Positions 1 to 12,639 of a stretch of 64,000 nucleotides of DNA are shown here, in pieces (position 1 is the first letter of the stretch; every line of letters starts with the position of its first letter). The notes below the pieces were generated by a model that worked only from the letters and a program-made list of their open reading frames with translations, made no database searches and had not been told where the DNA came from. This stretch comes from Lepidodermella squamata (Eukaryota; Animalia; Gastrotricha): assembly GCA_047495785.1 (NCBI GenBank), contig JBLDXI010000042.1:186001-250000 (forward strand). Direction: 5' to 3'. The position numbers and the translations under genes were made by a program.

Positions 1-1235
1 TGCGCCCATTGCTCAAAGAAGGGTTGATTCGATCTTTGGCAATAGTTGTGTAGCGTGGTTGTAGCTGCGACCAAGTCGGCCTGAAATTCGACTGACATAG
101 CATTCACGACCAGAACTCTCTGCCAGCGACCCTTCCACCATCCTATAACCTGTTCGTCCCACCAACGTGCTGCTTTATGGCTGTTGTTGTAAAAACGCAA
201 ATTCGGATTCGCCTCGACCTCAGCTTCCGAATAAGGAGTTAATAACCACGGCAATTGAGGGTAAGCCCTGTCTCCAAGGACCGCAATAGGGACTTCTTCC
301 CCGGAGACAATCGAGCCAAAATCAGGGAAAAGGTCACAGCCTTGGCGTTCCGCTCGGATGAACAAGGATGACCAGGTCAGCATTCGAGCGTCATGAACAG
401 AGCCAGCCGAGCCCGCGTAGACATCCAGAAAGCAACCGTCATGTCCAGCCAAAAGCTACATATCAATTATAGCTTATTAATTTTCAAATATAATAAGCTA
501 TAATTACCCTCCTCTTCCTCTTCAGTAAAATTCGTCTATATTTTTTTTTTCATTTTAAAAAATTTCTCACTGTCAATTAGTGACTATAAAAATGCATAAA
601 AATCTATGTAAAACGGAGACAAATTTCAACCTGAACTGCGATTGAATAATTTTGCTTCCGATCGAAATAATCGGCAGGACCGTTAATTGCGACATGTGAG
701 CCGTCGATTGCGCCGATACAGCCCGGAAAATTCGTACGATTTTGAAACCCTTCGATTGCCCTGGCAAGTTCGGCTGCATTTGAGGGCAATTTAACCAGTT
801 GATGAAATAGGTGAGCTATAATCTATAGCACAATGTAGCAGTCGACATCCCGAATAATTCACCGACGGTTCGCATTTCACCATGTGTGGCAAGGAACCAC
901 AAAGCTGCTCCGACCCGGTGCCAAACAGGAAACGCCGGCCGAAAAATTGTATCCTCCCGATACAAGTCATTGTATACAACCTCAACCAGATGATTATAGG
1001 CCCCTCGATTCATTCTAATGTTAGATATCATCTCCTCATCGGTGAAATTTAAAAAAATTTCATTAGCATAAGTTCGGCTCCTTGCTCGCGTCCAAAACCG
1101 TCGACTCACGATTGATGAAAATTCAAGTACTAGCCGGCGTCTCCTATTCAAACTGAGTCTAAACATTATTTTTCTCAAAAAACGCCTCATTTTTGCAAAG
1201 AAACAGCGCCAAATTTCATAGTGTGAAAAATACAT
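1..1235 (-). mobile_element. PIF/Harbinger transposase (HARBI1-like DDE nuclease), spliced, with a frameshift/stop near 790-816; runs off the window start
   Basis: Minus-strand translation gives IRMNRGAYNHLVE (N-terminal region), FPGCIGAIDGSHV, YFDRKQNYSIAVQ, then after an intron GSVHDARML, LGDRAYP and TLHNYC, all typical of DDE_Tnp_4. Confidence 0.85.
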
Positions 1236-1953
1236 AAAAACTTTATTTTTTCAAAGGCTCAGTTGCATAATCAAAATGTGTCTTAACGGAGCCTAAATTA
1301 AGAGTGTAGCAACCGATGGCGTTAACGAACGCCTCCGTACCCCTCCGTCGTGTAAAAACGACGACGGGCTCAGAGGTGCGTTTTTCAACATGCCCGAACT
1401 TTAATTGTTCTCGACTGTGATCAAGTTTTCGGGCATCCACGCAACAAAATACTAACAATCAACTAATTTTCCGGTTCATGCCGGAGGTCGAGTGGGGGGC
1501 AGCTAAGACAAATCACCCTCCGACTCGACGAGATTTAAGCCTCGACAAAACGTGACATGGTTGTAATTAATTTACGACTGCGCCATGCGACCCTCGTTAA
1601 TTTATGACTACGTGTCTTGAGGTCATTTTTTAGCAAAACAACACCGAAAGGCTTGTTTTAGTTTCTTCGATTTATTTAGTGATAAATCAACGGGTAAATC
1701 GAATTTAAAAAATCGATGAATTTGGTAAAAATTTAGGGGAATTTAGTGAGTTTTAGGTGATTTCCGACGATTATTTTGAATCCAAACTTGTCGATAACTT
1801 CAATTTCCATAATTTCTAATATTTCAAATTTAAGAAGGTTTTGAAAAGCTTCACAATTTCGATTGTGTCATCTGTTGTTAACAACTGTAATTAAATTCAG
1901 GCTGACCGTGGGCATGTTGAAAAACGCACTTCAGAGGGCATTTTCAAATAAGC

Positions 1954-3705
1954 GTGAGTGTCCAGTCTCTTATTATTCAACTTTTTCACTTTTTCATTTT
2001 GATTAAAACATCACTTTTCATGAGTTGTAACGCGTGCCAAAAACGCTGTGGAAACGCCATTTCATGCATTATATGTAACAGCTTATTCCACAATACGTGC
2101 ATGGGCCTATGTAATACCGATTTCACGACAATAACCAATGCAAATCGGAAGCTGTGTAAGTCGGAGACTTCTACTTATCAGCCAAAGATCGTCATCATCT
2201 GCTCTGAGAAATGCCGTAGACTATTGAACAGTTGGATAGGTCAACACGCAGCGGCGTCTACAATTTGTTCGAATAAGACCGACAAAGAATCATCGGTTGG
2301 CGAGGCTGTAGAGCAGCCCACAGAAGGAAATCCTGTCGCTGAGGCTGAGATTCATGCGTGTTCTAAAACGTCTTCAGGTGGGACCGACGAGGAAGCAGTA
2401 GGTGGTGATGCCGTCCATCAGCACGTGGGAGACAAACCTGTCGAGTCTACTATGGATTTTGTAGTCGTAAACGAAACTGCTGAGCTGCTTCTCTGCCCCT
2501 GTGGTAATGAAGTTTTCGCATTGTGTGTTTGTGGGTGTGCTACGCCGCTTTGTCATGATCACTTTACCAACAAAAACAATTGCTCTTCCATTGATGAAAT
2601 GCCGCAATACGCGCGTGCCCCCGTAAAAATAGTTTTTTCTCGTAAATTATTTAACGCAAAAAAACGTGAAATTCCTGATATTTCTGACTCGAAAATCTCT
2701 GCCTATACTCTGAAGTCTAACAAATCTGCGTCTGGCAGTTCAAAAAATACTACTGCTACTCGAGGCCAATCTATTCCAGTAATAATAACAGGCTCTACTC
2801 AAAAGTCTTTATTCGCTCCTAAACCCAAACCTATTCGCTCCAACTCAATTCCAGTTGTAATCAATTGGGTGGTAAATTCCCCCGATGTTTTTTTGAAAAA
2901 CACTGCCAACCGATCTTTTTCTAACAATGTTGTGTAATGAGAATCGGAGCAAGCGATGAAATCTCGACAGACTATACTATAAATAAGATACCTATTCGCG
3001 TTGTACAGTCTACTAAAGACCTAGGCGTTGTTGTTGATAAGGATCTAAGCTTCACGCAACATTGTGCTACACTTATGAACCGGTGCTCAAGTCTATGCTC
3101 TGCTATTTTGAAGAGTTTCAGATGCAATCGATTAAAGATAATGGCTTTTAAAACTTATGTTTTACCGATTCTGGACTACTGTTCCACTGTGTATAGCCCC
3201 TATTTTCTCACAACGATCGACAATTTGGAAAAAATACAAGAAAGATTTCTTAAAGCTGTGTTTCCAACCTTGAGCTACGATGATGCGTGCAAACACTCTG
3301 GTACACTACGATTAGAACATCGTAGAATTTTACGTGATTTGTTGTTTTGTTTCAAAGCTTACCACAATTTTGTTGATGTCTCTTTTTCATCCTTGTTCGA
3401 AAATTCTACTAACACTAGAAAGGCGAAACACTGCATAGTTCCTTCTAAATGTCGCTCCGATCCCCGAAGATTTTGTATTGGCAACAGAATTAACAAAGTA
3501 TGGAATAAGGTACCAGAATGCATAATTAACTCTCGTTCAATTACTGTTTTCAAAAATTATATTTTACAAAACTTGTTGCCTGAAATTGTAAAAACTTGTG
3601 TGTCGACGGTGAGACGCCTGTAAATATTTGAAAACTGTATATAAAAACAAATCACTGTGTACACGCGCAACGCGAAACTGCATTTTTAACTAAATAAATA
3701 AATAT
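1954..3705 (+). mobile_element. Internally deleted CR1/L2-clade LINE: PHD-finger ORF1 (1954/2020-2937) abutting the C-terminal part of ORF2 (2937-3623), with a (TAAA)n tail
   Basis: CxxC..CxxC...HxxC..CxxxC PHD-like motif; ORF2 tail motifs KDLGVVVDKDLSF, ILDYCSTVYSPY, LEKIQERF, WNKVP; taaataaataaata at about 3691-3704. Confidence 0.8.
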
Positions 3706-3818
3706 TATCGGTTAAAAGTTAAAGTTTTCGGTTCAAAATCTTTCTTTAGAATCTTTCCCTGTTACTGCTATTTTCAATTTTCCTTCGATTTTTTTTCTAT
3801 TTTAGGAAGGAGCGTGCG

Positions 3819-4100
3819 GCTCGTTAAAGTTTGATACCCATGGATGATTGCCGTTAGTTTGAGTCCTCCTTAATTTGAAAACCAGTGAAATTTCATATTT
3901 GTATGATATAACATGAGTAGGAATCTATATTTGAGTGAAGCACGAAATATAGATCGAGTAAAACGAATGAAACGAGTGAAATCGAGGCGGAACGAGCCGG
4001 CAGGCGAGTGGAGACGAGATTTCACGAGGTGAATGAGTTTTTAAATTAAGGAGGATTCAAACTAACGGCAATCATCCATGGGTATCAAACTTTAACGAGC
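3819..4100. mobile_element. Palindromic MITE with about 58-bp terminal inverted repeats
   Basis: gctcgttaaagtttgatacccatggatgattgccgttagtttga... at 3819 and its reverse complement ending at 4100. Confidence 0.75.
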
Positions 4101-5526
4101 TATAAGTTTTGGCTATAAGTTTTCGACATTTTTTCTAGGCTTTAAAACCTGAGAAATTCGCCTAATAATTCCAGCCTACAATAATGAATGTAGCATTTTA
4201 AATTAATACCTTACATAATTTTTAAATACGAATATTTATTTTATAGTCGGAAATAGTTTTATGTTTTATACAATATTTAAGAATTATTTCAAAATTAATA
4301 AAAATTCCGGAACAATTTTAAAATGAATTTATAGTGAATTTTATAAAAAAATGAGCAGATCGAATTGAGAAATTATTACGAAATTCATTAGAACCCAAAT
4401 CATATATCGAAATGTTTTGTGCACCCTGTCAACAATTGCCAATTTAACATTGAATTTTGTTTCATGATTTTTCTTTTCTATTTTAAGGTTGCAGAGCCCC
4501 AGACTTCAATGACTGGGATTAAGTTGAAGCCCAAGATGAATCGCTTCAGAAAGGCATGCAAGTCTTGTAATGTCGCGTAATTAAAGGCTTCAGCTTTCGA
4601 ACCCACGATGGCAGGATATGGTAAGAAAAAGGAATTTCGGAGAAAATTCTGCTAATTTCTTTTCATCTTAGTATGACTCGCCCATCATGGGTGACCTATC
4701 GTTTCGTTAATTAAAACTCGGCGATCAATCATTCGAGAAAATCTGGACCACTACCTTATAGCGCCAATTCGAATGCGCCAATTCGATATGAAACAGCCGA
4801 CGAAAAGACGGAAAGCAGCTCAAAATCAGAACATGTAGCCACTCTGAACATATTTACAATAATTGCTGTGGATTCCATTTTTTCTAACTCGCTTTTAATG
4901 CTCGAAAATGTGTAATAATAAACAAGTAAAAAATGGTGCCAACTGTGTGTGTGTTTTAAGAGGAAAGAAACATGTGTCCACGCGAAAAAAATGAAATAAG
5001 GACTCAACAACTAAATTTTAATGCACATTTTTGTTTTTCAATTTAAAAATCAAAGGCATCGAATCGCGCGATGAGCCTTTTATCTTTGGAATCCTTGAAA
5101 GACGGAGATTCTTCCCTTGAAAATTTCAAAAATTTCGGAGATATGCTTCTTTTTCCACCTTTTAAATCAATGCATTCAAATTAGTGTGCAAATTTATGGT
5201 TTAACGACAACAGGCAAGTGCGTGAGTGTCCGATCTGTTACATCATTGTCTATGTGCTGCGTTTAATACTAATTCAATGTCTGCAATTTTACCTATGATA
5301 AAAAATTCGGAATTTGGCTTATTTTTCTGGAAAATGATCCCGCCTCTTCTCATTCGAACTTCAGCGTCGAAAATGGATGGATCAATCTTGATTTCAGCGG
5401 CACTAAGGCTTCTGCTACCTCGACCACGTGATGAGTTGGCGGAGCTATTCGGTCGATGTATTATGGTGGATGCAGCCAGGTGGAACGATTCTTACAAAAT
5501 CGGGGTCCAAATTCGAATGGGAGACG

Positions 5527-8500
5527 CCCGGACTCAAAAATTTTGATCATGCAGGCTCTGTAAATCTGAATAAAATTGTGTATTTGCCTGATTTTCGCTG
5601 TAAATTGTTGTGATGTCGATTTATTCCAGCTCAGGATCCGGCTGTAAGCTGATTTTTCGCCTCTGTAATTCGAAATAAGGCTGGATACAGCGGTTTACAA
5701 CCGTGGAAATGCTGCTTTTTGCTGATGTAATTGGCAATAAGGCGTGTTATCCTGCTTTACAGACTGCCAAAAGCTGAAATCGGGGTCTGTAAAATGCTAT
5801 GAGGCAATTTATCCGTCTTTACACACCTAGACAAGCTGAGTTTTCGGACTGTAAAATGCTATAAGCACTTAACTCGGCTTTACAGACTGCCAAAAGCTGA
5901 TACAAAGGGACTGTAAAATGCTGTTAGACGAATGACACGGCTTTACAGACCTCGGCAGGCGGATAGTTTGGACAATAAAATGCTATAAGGCACGATACTT
6001 GGCTTTACAGACCGAGGCAAACTGTAATCAGGGTCTGTAAACTTATGTAAGTCAAGTTACCCGGTTTTACAGATGTCGGTAGGCGGAGTTTGCGGACTGT
6101 AAGATGCTATAGGGCAAGGTACACGGCTTTACAGACCTGGGCAATCTGAGTTCCCGGACTATAAAATGTTATAGGGCTTTACACGGCATCACAGATCTAG
6201 ACGAAGCTGAATTTCCTGACTCTGTAAGCGAAGGAAACTTCGAAAATGACCTAATATGTGAACCACGGCGACGTGAAATTACATACTGTAAAATGCTGTA
6301 AACAGAATTTATCGTATTTTTAAACAAATTTAACCCGGTAACCGGCGATTATTCGCGAATAATCACACAATATTTTGATGTGAGGCATTGAAATTAGCTG
6401 GCGAAGTGAACAAAGCAACCTCCGTGTAATTTATTTAATTTATTCAGGGAGCAATAAATTGGTGTAAATTCTTGAAAATTCGTGTGACCAATTTTCGATA
6501 AAAGTGAGACAAATCGAGGTGGAACATTAAATCACATAAATTTTTGAAAAACATAAATTTCATCGAAGAAACGTGACATCTGTGCCGTACTTTCTCTTAA
6601 GACATGTATTTTTGTCTTCAAAATTACGGCGATCTTAAAAGCGTTAATTTCTTTAAAACTAGGAGATTTTTTAGATTTTTTTTTCATTATGTTGAGATTC
6701 TATCTATTTGTGACATTTTCGGAATTTACAGGAATTTTTACATCAAGAAAAAAGATTAATTCTTCGCTGATCGAAATTCTCAATTTCAGATGATCTTGCT
6801 ATTAGCCATTAAAATTATATCGTCATATTCAAGGATCAATTGTAAATTTATTTATTTAAAAGTTTATTTAAAATGAATTTTGAATTTTCCTAATAAAAAG
6901 GTAATCAAGTGTTCACGATTTTAATTCAGTTAAAATTTAGAAGGTCATTTTAATACCATTATCACTTAAAGCTCATCGGAATGCATTTAAGAGATACAAT
7001 TAAATTTTCAGGGACTTGGCAATAATTTTGATTCGCCAATTTTCAAAGATGAGCATTTTCCAAATAGGAAATCTGAAATTCCAGGTGATTGAAAATAAAT
7101 TTCAATTGACCTGTTTTCAGATATTATTTACCGTTTTTCAATTTTTAAATCGAACCGCTGACCCGAATAATAAATGACATAGGCAGCGGCAAGAATTTTA
7201 GCTGCGAATAGCGATAGCCAACTTTCTCTGTTAAATAGGAGCGATTCGAGTTTTTTCAATCACCACGCCGCGAATTACGCAACAGCTGCTCGCACGTCAC
7301 GTTTTGCACACGTGAATTAAAATGCATAACACACACAAGCTAAACCACATATGCATTTTGACATATAAAAGTCAGTTTATCAGCTGAATTGCCCATGCAG
7401 ATTTCTTGGCTATTTTCTAGAGCGAATATTCAAGTTATTTTTAGCGAAATTCTGGACGATGTGAACTGTTACTCTATACCTGGCGTGAGTTTAAAATTTG
7501 TCGAAATTACTGTTTATTATTTGCATGCATTTCATAGAAATCGGCGATGTCGAGGGATGAAAACGATGACGTCAAGGTGATACGCATCGTCTTTCCCGCA
7601 TACCACATCGTTACAAGATAAGTTTTAATTCTCCTATTTTAATTCTGCAATTCGATCTCGTGAATTGGCTTGACATTCCCCGGAATTGTTGACATTTTCA
7701 ACACTCCTTAATTAATTCTTCAATGTGAATAATTTTAATTTTAATTTTTAGCCAAATTTCTGGTTGTTGTTCATTTCCCCCCAATTTTTCAACACATTGC
7801 CGTTCCGTATCAATTTCGAAATAAATTTTCTGATTTTGTTGTAATCAGGGACACGTTCTTCCGAAAAGCCTCTTTTAATTTTTGCCGAATTTTTTAAGCA
7901 ATTAATTGAAAGAAATTCGAATTTTTATTTGCTATTTCAAAATCATAGATTAATCTGAAATATCTTAATTGATGAATTTTTATTGATTTTGCGACAGTTC
8001 GAGGCTGGAAAAATCACTGACTGCCCAGACGTTTTACAAAACATTGAGAATTCAAAAACTTTGAGATTCAAAATTGTTTAAAATTTCATTGTAATTATTT
8101 CCTGAAATTCTATTATTTGTGGATTTATCCATTTTAGGAGTTGGCTTGCATCTCGGGTTCGACAGCGGATCAATCTTATCGTGGCTGGTTTTGTTCACAA
8201 GTATAGCAATACATTTCATTTTGATTCCAAGTTCTGCTTAGTTTTCCCCTATTATTTCAGGCTGGATAGACAGCGCACTAATGGCTCGGTGACTCGATGC
8301 GTGTCGCAAATCACCGCTTGGTGGAAACTTCGTGATAACGAGAGACCTTGTTTTGCTGTTCGTTCAGCGGCGACTTGAATTTTCTTTTCATAAACGGCTT
8401 TTTTACGGTTGAGATCCTCATGAGTTTTGCTTATTTTCACGGAAAACTGAGTATTTTTTGGAAATGGCTTAATTTGTGATGCACGTTTTTTGGCGAGAAA

Positions 8501-9151
8501 TATATGGCTGATTTTGCTTGAAAAATATCACTTCGCGGCATTGGTTTGACATTAGTTGCCCTGCGGATCTGAGCTTTTTAGCGTCGGAAATATGACCCGA
8601 TATAATCAAAGATTTATATTATTCGTCTGAAAAATTTGCTGAAGTCGCTGATTGCCAATAATCTTTTCTCCGATTTTTTCAAAATCTCTCTTGTTGTTGT
8701 TAAAATGGTTGTGAAAATCGATTTTGCTTGTAAAAATGAAGCAATTTGTGATCTTTTATAATTTACAGCGATTTGCAGACGCTGGTCGAGGCACTGTAAA
8801 TTCCTGTACCAGCCCTGAGAGTGAAGACTTCACATTTTCGGCATTTTTTGCTCTTTAGTAGTTTACCAAGCTTTCGAATTTCAAAGGCTGTGTAAACTGC
8901 TGTAGGGCAAAAATTGCATAACTTGTGAAGTTTTCACTTTCTGGGCTTTTACAGGAATTTACAGCGCCCTGGCGAGTGTCTGTAAATCAGTGCCAAGGTG
9001 ATATTGAATTCCCAGTGTAATTGAGTGGAAGGTACCAATAAAAGTGCGTTTGTAAAAGGGTGTAAGTCAACATAAGATTTCCAGTGAAATACAGCAGAAT
9101 ACATTGACAGCAATTTACAGCGATTTACAGCGATGAATTTTTGAGTCCGGG
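5527..9151. mobile_element. About 3.6 kb non-autonomous TIR transposon, CMC/EnSpm-like, with subterminal repeat arrays
   Basis: 16-bp TIR cccggactcaaaaatt (5527) / aatttttgagtccggg (9136-9151); many CTGTAAA/TTTACAG motifs near both ends; no long ORF inside. Confidence 0.65.
5630..6310. repeat. Degenerate tandem array of about 60-bp units (ctttacagac...ctgtaaaatgctat), the left subterminal repeat of the 5527-9151 element
   Basis: About 10 units, each with inverted TTTACAG/CTGTAAA motifs; stops in the frames checked. Confidence 0.75.
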
Positions 9152-9723
9152 TACAGCTTGCAGCCCACTGTGAGACACATTTGCATAAACTGTACGTTTG
9201 GCGTGTGTGGTTTGGGGAAAGTCGTGGCACTTGAGCATGGCTATGGTAAAGCAATTCGCTTCGAAAATGTCCACCAAGGTGTCAGTTGTCATTTTCAGCA
9301 TTTCAACCGTATCGGCACGACGTTCGCTCTTGAACCCTATGATTGATGATTTTGGAAAATGGCCGTTTTCAACTTTTACTCAATATCCATGGAAAGTTTT
9401 TCTCGGGCACCTAAATGGAGGCATTAACTAATACATTTCAAACTAATATCTGCTCACATAATCGTTATAATCGTTATAATCATAAAACGGAATATTTTCA
9501 TTTGTTTTATCGACTCGTTTCGATTCTTGAAAGTGGCGTTGAAAAATAATTATGAACTTTGTATCGTGAATCGGCCATTATAAATCCGGCCGAAAACATG
9601 CACATCTCATCGGGGATCCGACTAGGTCCAGCTCTGAGAGGGTAAATCGAGCATTTTGAGCCCAAAATTTGCAAATCAACGGGAGGGACCCTTACGTTTT
9701 TCAACTTGTTCAGCTTCTACTTG

Positions 9724-9865
9724 AGCTGAGGTGTTTTCTTGTTTTCTAGGACCCAGCCGAAGAAACCAAAGGGTCCCGCCTGTGGTTTTTTAACCCTTCC
9801 TCTGTTTGGAATCCCGGAGCTGTGGTGTCGCGACACCCCAGCCCCCCCCTGTACTTCGCACCCTA
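9724..9865. repeat. Dispersed repeat (probable DNA transposon end); second copy at about 15730-15877
   Basis: gagctgaggtgttttct...gaagaaaccaaa...ctgtgg...gtcgcgac...ctgtact.cgcaccct is shared by both loci. Confidence 0.65.
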
Positions 9866-10850
9866 AAATGAATTCGGTCATTCATGGACCCGAAAAATCG
9901 ACCTTGAATGCAAGTTATTTATTTGTAACATATTAAAATGTCACATTTATTTTCTAATAATATTAACATTCGTTCAATAAATTTCAACATCGGTCAAAAA
10001 TGTGCATGCGTCCAAAGAAAATCGGATCGATGGGTTACGTAATGGATATGATCAAATCGATAGCGCTTGTCGACTTTACTAATTGAACATTAAATCCTGT
10101 AACGCAATTCTATATCCATGAAAATACTTAAAAACACATGTTTCCCATGCTAAATTGCGTAGGTCTGCGTGCAAGAATTCGTTTCTTCGGGAAGCTACGT
10201 AAGAAAGGGAGTATAAGTTGTAATGCTTTTTTTACTCCCATTTGATGAGCGCTACATTTCGACACCAAAGGAGGAAGTAAAAAATTCGTCCCATTAGCTG
10301 GCTAGTTATTTATTTTTCAGTCTGAACAGCTAATATTACCTGCCAATTGGTAGAACTGAGAGCCGACCAGCTAATGCTTAGTCCAATCAAGCTTGCTGAG
10401 TTCAGTGGGATCTCGAACTAGGGGTATTTTCAGTCCTGAAATTCATGAAACTCCCAAATTCAAAGGCTTCACATGTTGTCAGTTTGGGGTTTGTACACTC
10501 TGGCCCTACAAACTAGCACGAACCTTCAACTTGGACCGGGTAATCCAACTTGGAGGGTGCTGAACCAAGTCAATTTGGGGGCGAAGAAACCGTCGAGCAA
10601 TGAAATATAAGTTGTGTCGAATGTGGTAAGTTGTAAGTTAGCTCAATTCACCGCTCTTCAGGAAGTTTGAAGATGTGCTCGCAGTGCTCACCCCGGGTGA
10701 GATGTACGTAGGTCCTGGCGAGCATAGAAAGGAGGCTTCGAGTCGATGAGGAAGTGTCTTCCCAATGTTTGATTTTCCAATGTTAACACTCGTCCTTTTA
10801 GTTTCTGTTTAGTGAACCTTGGACAGCTCTGGAATCGTACTTATGACATA

Positions 10851-11291
10851 CCGTATTTACTTGAATAAAGGCCGCGGCGATTATTTTCCTAATTTTTCAG
10901 AAAAGGTAAAAAACGCGGCGATTAATCGAGTGCGGTCTTTATTCGCGTGCGGCCTTTATTTTCCTCTCTTAGCCAAAAAACGATTTTTTTGAAATGTAAC
11001 TTGTCTATTTCATTATTGTCGCTCAATTTCGATTTTATCTTCTTCGTTTGGATCGGTTTCGGCGTCATTTTTCGCATTTTCTTCGGCGTCGACAAAAAAT
11101 ATTTGAAAATTGAAAAAAATAATTAAACATGTTCACCTCTCGCGATGATGCTGTGCCGCGCGTGTTAGAGCTGCGCTGATTAATCGCGTGCGGCCTTTAT
11201 TTCGATTGTTTTTTTTAAATAACACAATTTTGCGGTGATTATTCGCGTGCGGCCTTTATTCGGAATGCGGCCTTTATTCAAGTAAATACGG
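10851..11291. mobile_element. Tc1/mariner-pogo (Tigger-like) MITE with TA target-site duplication
   Basis: TA|ccgtatttacttgaataaaggccgc ... gcggcctttattcaagtaaatacgg|TA; internal cgcgtgcggcctttatt repeats. Confidence 0.85.
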
Positions 11292-11547
11292 TAGCTACTG
11301 AGGACGTAGCTTCATGAGCCAGTGATCCCTTAGTTAGCTTGACTGGGGCTTCTTTGATATTAGGCCGATTCGTTGAGAAATATCTTCACAGATTAAAAAT
11401 TGTTGGAGTTATCAGGCATTTTTTTATTCTGCGGAATCATGAATTAGTAGCAATGAAGTAACTCGTTATTCTACTACACACATTCGCAAATTTATCTGGT
11501 CAACTTATAAGCAGCAGATATACAGGTTTTCAAAAAAGCAGGTAGTG

Positions 11548-12639
11548 TCACTCAAATTTCAAATAACGAAGCAAGGCAGGCGGCAAACCGCCCTCCAATC
11601 CATTATCTATAGCATCGAGTCGTTCCTTATAACCAATTGGCAGGCTGTTGAGAATCACCATTCTGCACATTGCCTGTAGCTTCATCGGAAAAAGCTGACG
11701 TGCACGATGCATCACAATATGTCGCATTCTCTTGACGTGCCTGTTTTCGTCGGGTCGCGGCTTGAACTTCTCCGGGTTAAAAGATGATGTCATTCTTGCG
11801 AAGAGGAGAATTTCAAACAAGCGATGGTCTAGTTGATTCTTGCGATCCTTGATAATGTCATCATATGCCCATCTTGTCAATATGAGGTTAGTGAAAAAAT
11901 CAGTTTTAGCGCAGCATTTAAACATCATACCAGCCTTAACCAGGGTTTTGAAAAACTCAGCCATGTCACCGCCTGTGAAAACACAAAACACCATGCTTTC
12001 TTTAACAAATGATTCTGACGCGCGGTGAAACAAGTAAGCCAGACAAGACCCCCATATTCCAAATTCTTTAGGATGATGGGTTGTATCAAGATGCGCACCT
12101 GATTCGATGAGAAACTTTGCAATCTCATGATAATTATTGACGCAGGCAGCATTCAGTGGAGATAAATCTCCGCTTGGGATGTTCAAATTCGCCCCACGGG
12201 CTACCAGAAGTTCAACCAAAGGCTTCAGCCGATAGGCCACACACAATTTCAGAGCAGTCTCTTCGATTGAACTGACGTAATCAATTTCGGCACCGTGGTC
12301 TAGTAACACGCCAACTGTTATTGAACGATCCTCGACGCGGTCTCTATCTCGATGTCGTAGTGTAGTTTGCTGTGAAACATGGTTGAGTTCAAGCTCTGCG
12401 ACATCTGGGTCACAAGCTGCTGTTAAGCACGAATCGAAATAATCCTCAGTTTCCAAACTGACTCTCCGCGTTGATAACAGGTAACTGAGGCATTTGTGGC
12501 TTGATGTAGCGCTGACTACTCGAGCGATTTTATCGACGCCCAGCACTGGAACAGCGTTATCGAGGTCAGACGTGAAGTAGGCAAGGTCGTCATCTTCGCA
12601 GGCTTGGGCGAATTTCGCAGAGTTGAAATTGCTGCTCAT
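11548..12639 (-). CDS. Ankyrin repeat and SOCS-box protein (ASB-like), copy 1, intronless
   Basis: ANK motifs (LLDHGAEID, LLVARGANLN, SPLNAAC); C-terminal SOCS box PMKLQAMCRMVI...LPPALLRYL. Confidence 0.85.
   Translation of the reverse strand: MSSNFNSAKFAQACEDDDLAYFTSDLDNAVPVLGVDKIARVVSATSSHKCLSYLLSTRRVSLETEDYFDSCLTAACDPDVAELELNHVSQQTTLRHRDRDRVEDRSITVGVLLDHGAEIDYVSSIEETALKLCVAYRLKPLVELLVARGANLNIPSGDLSPLNAACVNNYHEIAKFLIESGAHLDTTHHPKEFGIWGSCLAYLFHRASESFVKESMVFCVFTGGDMAEFFKTLVKAGMMFKCCAKTDFFTNLILTRWAYDDIIKDRKNQLDHRLFEILLFARMTSSFNPEKFKPRPDENRHVKRMRHIVMHRARQLFPMKLQAMCRMVILNSLPIGYKERLDAIDNGLEGGLPPALLRYLKFE

Noticed and set aside
5630-6310. CRISPR-like periodic array
   Set aside because: Units are degenerate along their whole length with no constant repeat and unique spacer; eukaryotic context, no cas genes, and it lies inside a TIR element
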